A DNA stretch of 63,272 nt, the filler included, from Sphacelaria rigidula (taxonomy: Eukaryota): assembly GCA_964200075.2 (NCBI GenBank). It is 6 parts of 6 records of this genome, joined end to end, with 100 filler letters (N's around TTAATTAATTAA, not from the genome) between each part and the next. Parts side by side here need not be neighbours in the genome. Positions count along the whole stretch, not along the records: positions 42,255 to 52,714 come from CAXNAA020006453.1; positions 52,815 to 63,272 come from CAXNAA020006454.1; 4 more parts are not named here. One strand, 5' to 3'. The notes beneath the pieces are model-generated. The model was not told the DNA's origin, ran no database searches, and saw only the letters and a list, made by a program, of their open reading frames with translations. The position numbers were made by a program, and so were the translations under genes. This document shows, piece after piece, positions 51,101 to 63,272 of the stretch (position 1 is its first letter; the number at the start of each line of letters is the position of its first letter).

Positions 51101-51693
51101 TCGGGTAACGGTACGGGAGTCTTACAGAGATTACAGAACTATCGGGTAAGGGTACGAAAGGATTGCAGATTACAGAACTGTCGGGTACCGGTATGAAAGT
51201 CTCACATAAGTCACAGAACTGTTGGGTACGGTAAATACCCGGCAGAATACCACGGGTATACAGAAAACCGTACCCTACAGAACGCAACCTTATAATATTC
51301 CGCTGTTCAACCATCCCATGATTCGAGTCTTCCCGAAGATGTCCGCTCGATAGAGACATTCACGACGCAACGAACGCCGGGAGCATCGAATACCGCCTTT
51401 TGCTGATTGTCCATTGTTCTGGGCTACCCACACACACGATGTATGCTTGTTGCGTGGTTTCTGAGGACTCATGCTAGGCGTACCTTCAAACACTTGCGGA
51501 TCAGTTGAGACCAGGCTTCGGTACTTCTCTCTTCGTGAACGCTAATGATGACGATGTCGGCGCCGACATCCGGTGGGTCCTCTTCTCCCGTGATGTGACC
51601 CTGCGTCATGTACACGCAATCCAACTCCGAGAATGAAAGTCCTTTCGGAGCGGTGTCACAGTACATCGATTTGTTCAGTGGACTGCTCCAAGA
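48142..51693 (-). CDS. Unknown multi-exon gene, 3' part, convergent with the methyltransferase
   Basis: Terminal exon 48793-48142 (CAG acceptor, poly-Lys tract) is phase-compatible with exon 49313-49120. Further likely exons at ~50337-50230 and 51693-51484, possibly more to ~52530. Confidence 0.55.
49499..50038. mobile_element. Non-autonomous TIR element with internal CAGAACTGTCGGGTA subrepeats
   Basis: 26-bp TIRs CCAAGGTTGTGTTCTGTAAGGTACGG / CCGTACCCTACAGAACACGACCTTGG (2 mismatches), flanked by TATT on both sides. Confidence 0.88.
50740..51291. mobile_element. Second copy of the same TIR family with a 162-bp internal duplication; left end missing
   Basis: Right TIR at ~51268-51291; near-identical units 50769-50930 and 50931-51092. 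Confidence 0.85.
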
Positions 51694-52714
51694 CTATTAA
51701 TATACACCTCGCGGACTAGACCTTTTCGGTGCGATGCACGTCTAGACGAGAGAAAATCGTACAGTTTGTACGTAGCGCCACGCTTATGCGTGAGCCATAA
51801 AACCAGCAGTCAAAAAGATGCTCATGGTGCACCGAGGGGGAAAAATCGAAAATCGAACGAGCGCGGGGTGCAACCGACGGCACCATTCACGCGGCAAACG
51901 ACATGTGCAAGCGAGTAACCAAGTCGCGATAACTATTGCGCTACAGCACACCGGAAAGCAGACGAAATCGTCGTTAGATGAAAAGACGATTACAGCAGCA
52001 GTAAAGGACTGCTGCACGCACGCTAGACCAAGCTACGAGTACCTGGAGTCGCAAGTTCAAGTCCTGTGCCGAGCTTCTCCCCAGCAACGCAGCGGTAGCT
52101 GCAGCGGGGCCGCCACCGGCCCACGAAAAAGGATTCCCGACGTCCACAAGAATCAAGTTGACGTAGTCCATCGCCAACACTAGCGCTCGCACAAAAAAAA
52201 AAGTGTCTGCGACACAGGTGAAGGGACCCAGATGCTGCGGCGGAAGCGACGTCTCACGCGCTGGGGATAGACACCTTCCAGCACCATCAGCGTAGACAGC
52301 CGCCTATTATTTGGCACAACGCCCATACATGGGGGATAAACTTTTGTAGTGACACGCGAAATTCAACCAATGAGAGGCCCTTCAGTGAGGAATCGGCGGA
52401 ATTGAGCGCCAATAAAATGCGACCTTCGTGGTGAATTATGTAGTGAAAACTGCCTGTGATTGGCTCGCAGGCTCGAGTCACACCTGGTGCAGTGTACGCC
52501 GAGATGGATAGAACAGCAAGCAGCAGAGAAACGGAGCTGCAAGCAAACAAGCAGACAACGAGTGGTGCATTGCCGCCGCAGTGGGTCATTGCGATTCTCG
52601 TGTATCAGTATATCCTCATCTTAGTATGGCTGATTGTGTCTTGCCGTGGCCGCGAGCGCTGGCGCCGATGCCAACGGCAGCAGCCGGCATGCTGACGGGT
52701 GCAAGCAGTACCCT

Positions 52715-52814
52715 NNNNNNNNNNNNNNNNNNNNNNNNNNNNNNNNNNNNNNNNNNNNTTAATTAATTAANNNNNNNNNNNNNNNNNNNNNNNNNNNNNN
52801 NNNNNNNNNNNNNN
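52715..52814. other. Artificial contig spacer
   Basis: N44-TTAATTAATTAA-N44. Confidence 0.98.
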
Positions 52815-54824
52815 CCCGGCATCATAGGTATGCGATTTCAATCGTTTTATTACCATCGCATGCTTGATCTTGTGTTCCCCCCCCCCCCCCCCTCTTTTAT
52901 TTCTTCTCCTGTCTTGAATTTGTACCTATGTCCGGTGACCACGGGTGATCGATGTGCAGCAATCAATCAATCGATCAATCATCAACCATCATGCAGGCCC
53001 AAGCAGCCGACGGGGTCGCTTCTTCTTACAGATTACATGTGAAATATAGTGCGTTCTTATTTCTCACCATATTCTTGCGTACTTTAAAGCCACTCCACAA
53101 TTCGCCTTTTTTTTGTTGATTTGAACACACCATCGCACGTGTGCACTTGACTTGCATGTCGCTGATATTTATTTCATGTCGGTTGTCGACCACTCGTCCC
53201 CCGCATGGCTGTCAAGTTTTTGCTTTCGTATATGCTGTCACATTTCTCGTTTATTTTGTCCTATCGGTGTTTGCTGTCCATTGCTTCAGTGTCGTGTATA
53301 TGTATATACGGTGTGCAAATTAGGGGCAACTAGATTTCTTGCCCGAGGGTGTTTTCGAGTTGGCCGAGTGTTTCCAGTCCTTCGCTCGGTATGGAAGTTT
53401 GTAAAGCTTCACGTCCGCAGTTCCCACATGTCAGTTTTGAGCCTGCTCTTGATGGAAGAGTATACGCATGACTATAAAAAAAATGTATTGTCTTGATTGA
53501 TTGATCGATTGATTCATTGTTGCACTTGAGCTGATCCCCCAGGAGTCATGATCCGGCCGTGGTCATTATCCACACGCGATACACGCACACGAGATAAAAC
53601 AAAACGGAGAACACTCGCTGAAGGAAAGTGAAGAGAATAGTAGATTGAAAACAAACCAAAAACAAACATGAAACAAACGAACGAACGAACAAACAAAACA
53701 GAACAAACAACGAAAACACTAGAAGTGGTTGGCCTCTGAAACATGGCTTCCGGTGGACAAGGTCTTGCGCAACAACACACGCAATCACACCCAATCAGGG
53801 GGGTAAACAACTCTGTATCTCTGTTATCCTCCTTTGTTACTGTCCGGAGCTTGATCAAATTGTAATCGCGGAGCGTACTCGCATCATCAATATCACATAT
53901 CTATGTACTCTGTCGATCAAGCAAAATCCTATTTCAGTTCAGTACGCTTACAAGTCGTATGCTTCTTTTTCTTGAATATTTCCTCTCTACTCGTGTTTCC
54001 TTTTAGTCGTGACTTGTAGATGTTTCCATTTCGTTTACTTTGTTTGGTGAGTACGTCTGTCTATCCTGTCACCACGGCGAACTGGGGGCGGATCACTGAA
54101 TGTGCGACAATCAATCAACCAAGCAATCGATCAATATCCATCCGGCTCGCCTCCCCACCGCGTCCAAACCGTTATCACGGAGGAAGGCGGAGACGCATCG
54201 GACGAAGCATGGAACGGCTGCGGCAAGTCCCGAGAATTCTCTGCATTTTCTTACGGGCAGTCCACGGAATACTTTGCGGATTCCAGGCTTCGGTGGAACG
54301 AGCCGGACTTGGGGGAAGGGAAGAGGGGATATGGCGGGGGTGGGGTCGGAGATGCGGCAACTCATGTGGAAACCCAACCGTTGGGACATTGGGCGGCGGG
54401 GGGTGGGGGTAAGTGGGCGGGGGGTGAGGGGCAGGTGCCCCCTGCTACTGAGAACTAGGACGGGCCGAATTCTGAGTGTTCCGCGCGTACCACTAAATAA
54501 TATTGTAGCGTACAATGATACAACGGACCACGGGGTGAAACTAGTCAAGTCAATTCTTAGTGTTACTTCTTGAGTTCTTTTTTGCACGGAACCGTCCCCC
54601 GTGAGCCGCCGCCGCGCCCCGGGGTCGCGTACTACACGAACAGCAACTTGGGGCAGCGTAGGGTTGCGAGTTCGAATGCCTGAGGATAAGTTTGTTCCTA
54701 GTAGAATCTGGTTTCCCCGTTGAAGGGCGAGGACGCGAGTAACGAGAGAAACTAGAAGGGAGTGGACGGAGTGTTCGGGAAGGCTGCTTCTGTCGTGGTG
54801 CTGAGATGCGGTGCGGTGTTCTGT

Positions 54825-55151
54825 TGTGTGTGTGTTGTCGTCCCATCTGTTCTGGACGCCCGTCTACACCTTTCGGTATAAGTGGGCGCACCAGCCGGGG
54901 TCACACAGGAATTTTTTTCATTTGTTTAAGTACCCCACCTTCTGCGGTGCTTGCCTCTACTTTTTATCGCGAGAGGGGTTCAGCAATCCCTTTCCCTCGT
55001 CGACCGTTACGTCGAATTTTGTGTACCCACGACATAATCGCTCTCCACTGCTGGGCATGGTGTAAGAAACAATCCCAGATCGCTCCAAGAATTGAACCCA
55101 CGACCCAACCGTCAGAAGATTTCGAGGTTACCAACCGAGCCACCGGGGCGA
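54825..55151 (-). mobile_element. tRNA-derived SINE, near full length
   Basis: Reverse-complement homologue of 43489-43860 including the head and CA tail. Confidence 0.85.
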
Positions 55152-55399
55152 TACTCGGGAAATTTCATGTTAGTGTCAGAAACGCTAGACATTCTGATGG
55201 TTATACATACCTGTAGATCCGTAGCCCCTAGCCCAGAGGTAATAAGACCTTTTTTGTGGTTCAGCTCAGACTGCTTGTCCACACCATGGCGTTTTTGGCG
55301 GGTTGGTACCGGAATCCTGGTGAATATAGGACCGCGGGGGAACTGCTGTCCATAGTGGATGCAAACGTGCCGGTTTAATTCTTGTGCTCTTTTTCGTCC

Positions 55400-56770
55400 T
55401 TCTATACCACCGATCACAAAACTCACACGGCAAGTGTGTATAGCTCCTGATAAGCTTCCCGCACAAGCTCTTTCACCATCCATGACGTCATTAGACGCCT
55501 CTTCCATGACAAAACTGTGAACTGTAGAAGTATTGCTCTGTTTCATTTCACTACTGCCACTACTGTCGTACCCGTAAGACCACTCATCCCGCAAGAGGGA
55601 GATTCAACCACATTGTTACCCGAAAAGAGGCACTTTTGAGAGTTGCTTGAAGGAGAAAAATAAAACTGGGATTGAATAGTCTTGGTATGCTCTGGAAGCG
55701 ACGTGTCGATAGCTTCACCACACTTTCTCCCGGTGAGAATGCACGTTTGTTTGGCCGCCGGTGAAATCGTCTTCGTCCATCACAACATGCGTCATCTTCT
55801 ATACTATATGTCACAGCATACCTTCGTGTTATAGGCAGGTTGACCAACGTGCATACGGCGTGAATCAGGATGGAACACGGGCGTCCCAGAAGGGTATAGT
55901 TGAAGTCTATCAGACGCTGGCGAAGTGTGGATTAGTCCTCTGCTTTACTGCTGGGGCCTTGGGGCGATGAGAGAGTGGGACTACGGGCAACTCCGTGAGG
56001 GAAGCTCATCGTCCTTGATCCGAAAACACATCTTCACTCAAGTCATAACTCAACTCAGATAGGCTCAACTTCAAACAAGCCTACGTACATATCTCCCGCT
56101 AAATCCACGTCAACCAACCCGATAGCGACCAACGACGCATGTATCAGCCCAACAGCTGGCTCGTGGTTGATCCTTATGCCGCTGAAATATTCGTCAAAGG
56201 TATACACTTCTAGCACCCGCCGGTCTGTATTCAGAAGACAGTAATTTAGCCTCTGTATCTCCCCTTCACATCCCATATGCCTCTTTTCATGGCTGAAGCA
56301 CTCGCAGACTATGACACGACGCGAGAGTGCTGCACCCATACCTTTTCTCGCACCCCAAAAAGTGTAGACCAACACTCTCAAGTGTTGAAGAATTTGGGGC
56401 CAAGAGGGTGCACGGTACTCAATCAAGACAGATGCTATGGCGTGACATGTAAAGGCAATATCATGACCACTCGATCGCACGAAATCGGCCCGAAGGATCC
56501 AAGGAAAAGCACAAGAAGAAATGAGACTCGTTCGAAAGTCAAAGGTTTCTTCGGCACGAGGGAGGATAAGGTCCAACCAACACAAAAAATGAAAGGGGAA
56601 GAACACAAAAAAACAAAACAGGATTGACCCGAGATACAAAATGCAGTGTCCTCAAAATCCGTGAGTATTTCAGGGATTCATAGAAAAAACAAATGTCAGA
56701 GAAGTTGGAGAAAAAATCAAACCGTTGTACAAAACATGTACTGTCCTGAAATGCCGTGAGTATTTCAGAA
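55400..56770 (+). pseudogene. Possible Mutator-like transposase relic
   Basis: Decayed coding-like sequence (GR*ESGTTGNSVREAH resembles the MULE T.N..E motif), followed by two ~40-bp direct repeats ending CCGTGAGTATTTCAG (56636-56768). Confidence 0.22.
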
Positions 56771-58242
56771 GGGATCATGGGAAATCAGAGGCCAAGCATC
56801 GAAACGATCACCATACACTGCCATAACTATATCATTTTGAGAAAAGGGTACTCTTTTCCGGAATTCCGGATTTTTCTGTTTCATCCGTAGAAACAAGCAA
56901 GCAAACCCGCCAAGGCATTCTATCACTGCAATAACCAGTTCATTATGCTGATCACGCGTCTCAGTCAATCCGCAAAATCAACAACGCACAGCTGTTTCGT
57001 CGCGGAAAGGGAAAATTCCCGCGAGAACCAAACGTTGAAACAAGAAAACGAGATACGCATGGTACGGTCAATCAACCCGGTTGTCGTAAGTTGATTGTCG
57101 GTACATGTGTGTGAGAGCAATGACTTGCTGAGGACGTCTGGGCGATGATCCAGTCGTGCAGCTTTTTGTTTTTTTCTCACACGACGAGACACGAAAATAA
57201 TCGGCCGAATTATGAGGTCGGGTATCCGCACACGTCAAAATAAAAGCAATTGAATCAATACACAACCATCGGTGATACTACGTAGTTCCGAGGCGGATCG
57301 CCCAACACATTCCTGGACCACGACAAATACACGGAAGAGAGAGGGCCAACGCAGTCCGCTCCTCACGGTATTTGTCCGTTCGGACGAAAACGAGACTGGT
57401 TCGCACACAAACTGGAGTAAAAACCACAGCCGGTCGTACCGTCACGTTACTTCATCCAATCATCCCTGTTAAAAACAAAACGCCACGAACCGGCTTCATG
57501 GGCGGGTAACCGTATGCAAAAAACTTGTGTAAGCAGTGACAAGAAAATAGCGAGTGGCGGACTCTGAGCTCGTAGGTTGTACCAATGGTCGAATATCGAC
57601 ATGGCGGAACGGTTTGTTCCGGAAGAGCAATCCTTTCTATCATGACACGTAATGGTCTTGTATGAGGAGACGTTTGCAACCAAATATACCAGACACTACC
57701 TCAATGATAATTCCTCAACATCGTTACGTACGACGCGGTCAGTGGTGACCTCGTTGTACCTCATCAATCACCGAAGTATAAATCATCCATTGCGTCGCAT
57801 GACACGTGACCCTTATATAAACGAGGTCGGCCGCACGGCTGCAGAACTCGCAGAAAAAAGTAGGCCACGTGTTCCTAGACTCGAGAGTCAGGAACGTTGG
57901 AACACTCATTGGGAAATTCCCGACATAGACGCAAAAACCTAAACCAAGACAAATACAAAACCAGGGATTCGCATGGTAACGGCGAAAACAAAATAACCGA
58001 AAAATGAAGCAGAAAAATAACACGTGCCGACCATCCCCGTAAACAGAAGTGGTTATCGCGTGTACGAAGCAAGTACAGTCAAATGTTTCAGCCAAGAAGG
58101 TCAAAACATTCCAGACTCTCGACCGCGGTTGCTATCACCCATGGTACAAAAACACAACGTGGGACGCACACGAAAGGGGGCACGTCACGACCGATCCTCA
58201 AGAAGGGGGTGGTAGTCGTGTGCGGAGCGATTGGGCAAGAGC

Positions 58243-59732
58243 TGTGGCGAAATCACGCCGTCACGGTTGAGTATTTAGTGGACCCTGGGTGATGACCAGG
58301 GGACAAGGTCATCCTGTGGATCATGACCCTTGCTGTGTAGCCCAGGCCTGATGGTAGGGGGCTGCAGGTGTTTACTCCGAATAATGATAAGGTGTTGTGA
58401 AGGCTGACAACTGAGACCTTGAGGCCAGTGGAGCGGGGGAGTCCCTCAACAGCATTTAGACGCCGCAGTACTAGCAACCTGCTAGCGTCACAATATCGAT
58501 AATAGTGCTAGTGCTGGGAGTGCTAGTAGATGCTATCGTTTGAGGCTGCGGAAACTTTCAGCAGGGAGACGTCTGGACAGCGTGTGATTAGCTTCGGGCA
58601 CAGAGCTTCACGGACGCATGAGGAGGTTTCAAGCAGAGGCAGCTGCAAAGGTGGCTGGCCCGTGATTGATCCAGACTGGAGACTTGCTGGAGCTGCGTAC
58701 AGCGGGTGTTTATAGGGCCCCAGGGCTTTGTGGAGCGGCGAAGAAAGCAGGTGTGATCTGAAGTTCGAGAAGGTTTAACAAATTTTCGCTTTTCCGCTCG
58801 AGAATGTCGACCACGGAGGTACTGGCAGTAGAGCCAGCGGAAACAACCGTAACCCCAGTCGTTCTAAATAAAACGTTGCGGCCGCCCAGTTATGGGAGTT
58901 TGTATTCTGAGGGTGCCTCTCGATCGTTTTACACGAGATACATGGAATGCAAAAGGAGAATGGAGCATGCGAATGCAGGGGGTGCGGTGAGGCATCAGGT
59001 GGTTTCTATGGCGCAATTAGTGCCTACCCCCTTGCAACGCGTCTTCGCGAGAAGGTTCCACGAAAAACATACCATAACGCCGCTGCAGTTGGCCGCAGCG
59101 ATAAAGAAGCACGCAGGGCATGCGGCAGGAGCGAAGGTGGGGCTTACTCAGGCGTCCGCGGCCGTGGCGAAGGCTGTCCCAATGAACCACAAGGGCAGGA
59201 CCATGCATGAGAGGGTGGAGTCCGTAATGGGTAAGTTGGATACGTATTTTTCGGAAAATCCCAACTTAGAGATGATTTATCGTTCGTTCGATGGGAAATT
59301 TCGCCCAGGGCCCGCTGCGGTAGTCACCAAAGCGATAGTGGAGGGTCTGGCACAGGCAGAATTTAAGCAGGCCGTGCTTGTACAGTCAAAGCACGAAACA
59401 AATTGGAAGTAGGACCCGTTTTAACTTATGGACACCGTGGTGGCTGAAGCTCAGGCATGGCGGCGGGTCGAAGTATTCAGAAAATCACCCACTTCGTCGC
59501 CGAGTCTTCGAGCTCGCGTAACCGCGGACCAAAATCCGCAGGCAGTGCCGCCTCCAATTTTATTTGCTTTCAGTGCGGCCAGGTCGGTCACATCGCACGG
59601 GAGTGCCCAACGCCTTCTGAGGGGGAGTCTGGGCAGACGAGTGCCGCAAGCCCTCGCGATCACAAAAGACGAGGTAGTCGTGGTGGCGGCAGCGGCGGAT
59701 CCTCCAGCGGTGGAAGTGCACAGTCGAGTTCC

Positions 59733-59785
<53 letters not shown>

Positions 59786-60372
59786 TCAGCAGGGGTCCGG
59801 TTCTGGGTTCGGTTCAGCCGCAGGGGCTGCTACTCCGCAACGGGCGGTGCAGGTGGGACCGACCTCACTAGTGTTGGGCTCGGTGCCGGCGCCGCCGGCA
59901 GCAGAGCAAGGCGAAACGCCGGGTGCGGAGCTGGCCGGTTTTCAGCTGGAATTTGAATCCGCTGCTGCGCCGGCCGGGGTACCGCTGCAATTTGGTTCTG
60001 CGGGCGGGGCTTCGTACCCGCCGGCGGTGCCGGTGATCCCAGCGAGGGCGTCTCTGCCTGCGCCGCGCGCGCAGCCGTGGGGTCAAGTGGGGATTACGAC
60101 CCATCAGTCGGCGGAGCAGGTGCCGGTCGAGGGCCAAGCCGAGTTATATCTGCCCGATCAACGGGCGCGGGTAGCTATGTCGGTCAAAGCGGTGTTGGAT
60201 TCAGGCGCCCACTTCACGAGCGTGTCGGTGCTAATTGTGGAGATGCTGGAGCGTCTACTCCCCGGTGAGTAAATCCGAATTCCGTTGTCGCTCGGGGCGC
60301 GGCAGGCCATCACCGCATCGGGGCAACGTATAAATGTGACGGAGCGTACGATGTTCATGTGAACAGGTACAC
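58243..60372 (+). mobile_element. Ty3/Gypsy-type LTR retrotransposon, 5' part, interrupted by Copia
   Basis: LTR starts TGTGGCG (second copy at 20957), probable end CGTCACA at 58492; gag and protease follow. Confidence 0.8.
58804..60372 (+). pseudogene. Gag (CCHC knuckle) and aspartic protease, disrupted
   Basis: CFQCGQVGHIAREC, (CAG)16 poly-Gln at 59736-59783, KAVLDSGA; stops at 59410, 59422 and 60270 plus a frameshift. Confidence 0.88.
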
Positions 60373-63272
60373 TGGTGAACAAACACATGTGCGGATAGAT
60401 TGATGCGGACGTGCGGGTACTGGTAGTCGAGTGTGTGTGACTACAGTACCCCGCTCATGGCAGCTACCACGCTGCCTGCTGAGCTCACTCAACATCTGAT
60501 CCCTTAGTCATAGGGTCGACTCAGTCTAGGCACTCTCCAATAATACTAAGGATAAAACTATCTATCTTTCGCCACGGGCCACGGAATGCACTAGTGTTAC
60601 AACCGGTTCGGCAGAATGGTAGAACAAGGTGGTAGGCCTGCAATAGAAATCGGTGAGCAGGGTGTTATGGAGCAGGTGCGGGAAGTAAGTAGTCAGATGG
60701 TTTCCATGGCTCAGCTCATGCGTGATATGTAGCTAAGCCAAGCTACATTACAGAGTAACATGGACAATATGAGGGCAGAAAGAGAGGCCGGGGGCGCAAA
60801 AAACAACGGCGTCCTCGATAGTGAAGGTTCCCATAGTCAACAGGGGGAATTCAACATAAATAGAACGGTGGAGCGACGCGGTGCTGGAGTTCGACGAGAG
60901 CGACGGGACATCGGGAGCCAAGCTGTTTCAGAGGACGGAGCACGCGACGCAATGGACAACGAGGCCACCAGCGACGAAGCTAGGGGTTTTGTCCCCGAAC
61001 GTGAGTCAATCCAAATAAACGATACCAGTGGAAATGTGTCAGGGGTTCCCGCTTTTTGACAGAACGTCCCAAATTTTTCAGGGAAGAGCGCTGATTATGC
61101 TCGCTACAAGCATGAACTCGTCAACTTTGCAAGGGGCGAAGGAATTGGCTGGGTGTTCACCATGGCCGGCGATAGTTCTTACGATATAGACGTCGGTAAT
61201 CCTGAAATAGAAATGGGGTATCTAGAGAGAAGACATGGGAAGGAGACAGCGGCAGCCAACGTGAGGGCCAGACGAATGCTTGTAGCTAGTTTAGAAGGGA
61301 GGAGGGAGCAAGATATTTTGCTTAGAATCCACTCACCAGCTGCGGTTTGGAGAAAACTCGAGGACGTCTTTCGCCCCAAAACAAATGGGGCGAGAACCGC
61401 TTAGTCGAAAACGTTCGATGGAGTCAAGATTGGTGTCCGTGATAATCCAGAGCAAAAGCTGCTCGAGATGGAGGAACTTGCACGTAACCTGAATTCATAC
61501 GAGGAGCATGAACAACTAAGCGAAACCATATTCTCTTGAAATTCCTCAACGCGTGGCCTTTCGAGTATCATATCCAGAAACAACTGCTCGAGGATCGAGA
61601 GGGACCGCTGACACGGGAGGTTGTGTTGACTTCGATCCGAAAGCGCTTCGAATCAACATCTTTGTAGCAGGAACTTGCCCGGGGAAGGAAGTCATCCCCG
61701 GGCGACCAGACTCTCCTTGCCAGGGGTGGGACCGGAAAACCGAGCGGTGCGCACCGCAAGGGAAAACCGGAAAAACCCCAGGGCTCTGGTCAGAAAAATG
61801 GCGGGAGCCGGAGTTCAAGTAGTTCTGGGCTGGCATCGTCGGACGGCAAACCGGCAACTGGGCAGCTACTCCGCTGCCACATTTGCGACGAGAACACGAC
61901 GCATCGAGCCAGGAATTGCCCGAAGAGATACTGCGGAAGGTGCGGTCAGCAGGGGCACATGTTCTGGGACTGTCCGAGATCGACAGCGAAGAAAGAAGAC
62001 GCGGTGATGGCGATGGGCGCCGCCGACGACAGCGACAGCTCCTCCGTCTGTTCGGTGGCGGATGGGGAGGCTTTAACCTCTCTTGACACCACCATCAACG
62101 ACGACACAGGCGACTATGCATTGAGTGTTGAGCGGGGGGGTGATAGTCAGCAGGATAAGGGCGAACCGTGGGTATTTGACACGGGGGCTATCCAGCATTT
62201 CTCTCACGATTCCCATGGGATGACGGAGTACAGAGAGTGTAAGGGTAGGGTACTACGGTGCGCGGGAGGTAGTACTTTCCCGATCGTAGGCAGAGGAAAT
62301 TTGTCTCTTGCCTTCAGATCTGACGGACAGGATGTAATCCTAAAACTAGTGGACGTTGACCATGTACCTGGTGTCCGTCATCACCTCTTGTCACTCACGA
62401 GGGTCGAACACATGGGACACACCTACACTGGTTTTCGTACAGGTTTCAGGGTAGATCTCAATTCAGGCAATACACTGATAATACCCGGACAACCACGTCA
62501 ACTCAGAATATACGTCCGCCGCCTCGATCAAAGTGGTAGTGACAAATGTGCTTCGGCATATGCTGTTATTGCCCCGGGGGCTCCGCGTAGCCCCCATATC
62601 GCTGACATCAACGGGTTCCACTGTTCCCACGCTCACGTCAACGAGGATTTACTGAGGAAGACCGCGAAGCAGCAGGGAAAGTAGCTCGCTGGGGAGCTGT
62701 AGCCCTGCCGCGGCTACTCAGAGGCGAAAGGACTGCGGGCACCGATTCCAAGATTGACGTACACGAGAGCAGCTAAGTCAGCGTCTACGGTGTTCGTAGA
62801 TCTTTCCGGGCCGAAACCAGTCAAGTCTTAGGGGGGAAAGTCGTACACGATGCTAGTCCGAGATGATCACTCACGGCACACAAAGCTGTATTTCCTCCTT
62901 AAGAAGGATGAGGCAGAGAGATACTTCGCGAAATACATTGCATGGGTCTCTCCGAGAAAATTTGAGATAGTCCGTAGCGATGACGGGGGTGAATTTTCGG
63001 AGGGTGAATTTGGTGAACTGTGCGACAGGGAAAAGATCAAGCAGGAGAAGACAACTGCCGACTCACCCCAGTTCAACGGTGTTGCAGAGCGAGCGTTAGG
63101 TATCATCAAAACAGCAGGCCTTGCGGCCAGAATCCAAGCATCTGAGCTGTACCCCGATGACCGCATCCCAAATGGTGACAGCCTGTGAGCTGAACAGGCA
63201 AACTGGGCGTGTCACGCCCTGAACTGTACCGCTAACTCGGCTAACCCGCACCACAAATCACCGCATGAGATG
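60373..63272 (+). mobile_element. Ty1/Copia LTR retrotransposon, 5' part
   Basis: Probable LTR ~60373-60604, then gag-protease-integrase in Copia order. Confidence 0.9.
60616..63272 (+). pseudogene. Copia gag-protease-integrase, several stops and frameshifts
   Basis: WVFDTGAIQHF (protease); HCSHAHVN (integrase zinc finger); VFVDLSGP...DDHSR, VRSDDGGEF and SPQFNGVAERA (DDE core). Confidence 0.93.

Noticed and set aside
49500..51291. Repeat-spacer-like pattern of CAGAACTGTCGGGTA units
   Set aside because: These are internal subrepeats of a TIR-bounded element; the intervening segments are homologous, not unique spacers.
57470..57940. HMG-box-like fragments (KTPRTGFM, SEWRTLS)
   Set aside because: Interrupted by stops with wrong spacing; not supportable.
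59410..63188. Programmed read-through or directed hypermutation explaining TAG/TGA stops in the retroelements
   Set aside because: Stops are multiple, scattered and accompanied by frameshifts, as expected from neutral decay.

Overview
This window is not one locus. It is six unrelated contigs (1-10464, 10565-21028, 21129-31592, 31693-42154, 42255-52714, 52815-63272; 10464-10458 bp, ordered by length) joined by artificial 100-bp spacers (N44-TTAATTAATTAA-N44). The DNA is eukaryotic, intron-rich and transposon-rich; gene structure and retroelement types suggest a stramenopile, probably a brown alga (inference). The supplied ORF track misses the real genes because they are spliced. I rebuilt by hand: a PARP-family catalytic domain with an H-Y-I triad (contig 3, minus strand), the 3' half of an atypical protein kinase (contig 4), a DOT1-like SAM methyltransferase facing an unknown gene (contig 5). 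Mobile DNA includes a DIRS/Ngaro-type retrotransposon interrupted by an LTR retrotransposon with an unusually long ~4.2-kb leader (contig 2), a Copia nested in a Gypsy element (contig 6), and several SINE, LINE-tail and MITE families. Contig 1 is a dense cluster of short-intron, decaying genes I cannot assign and is the best candidate for something undescribed. No CRISPR array, rRNA or intact tRNA gene was found.
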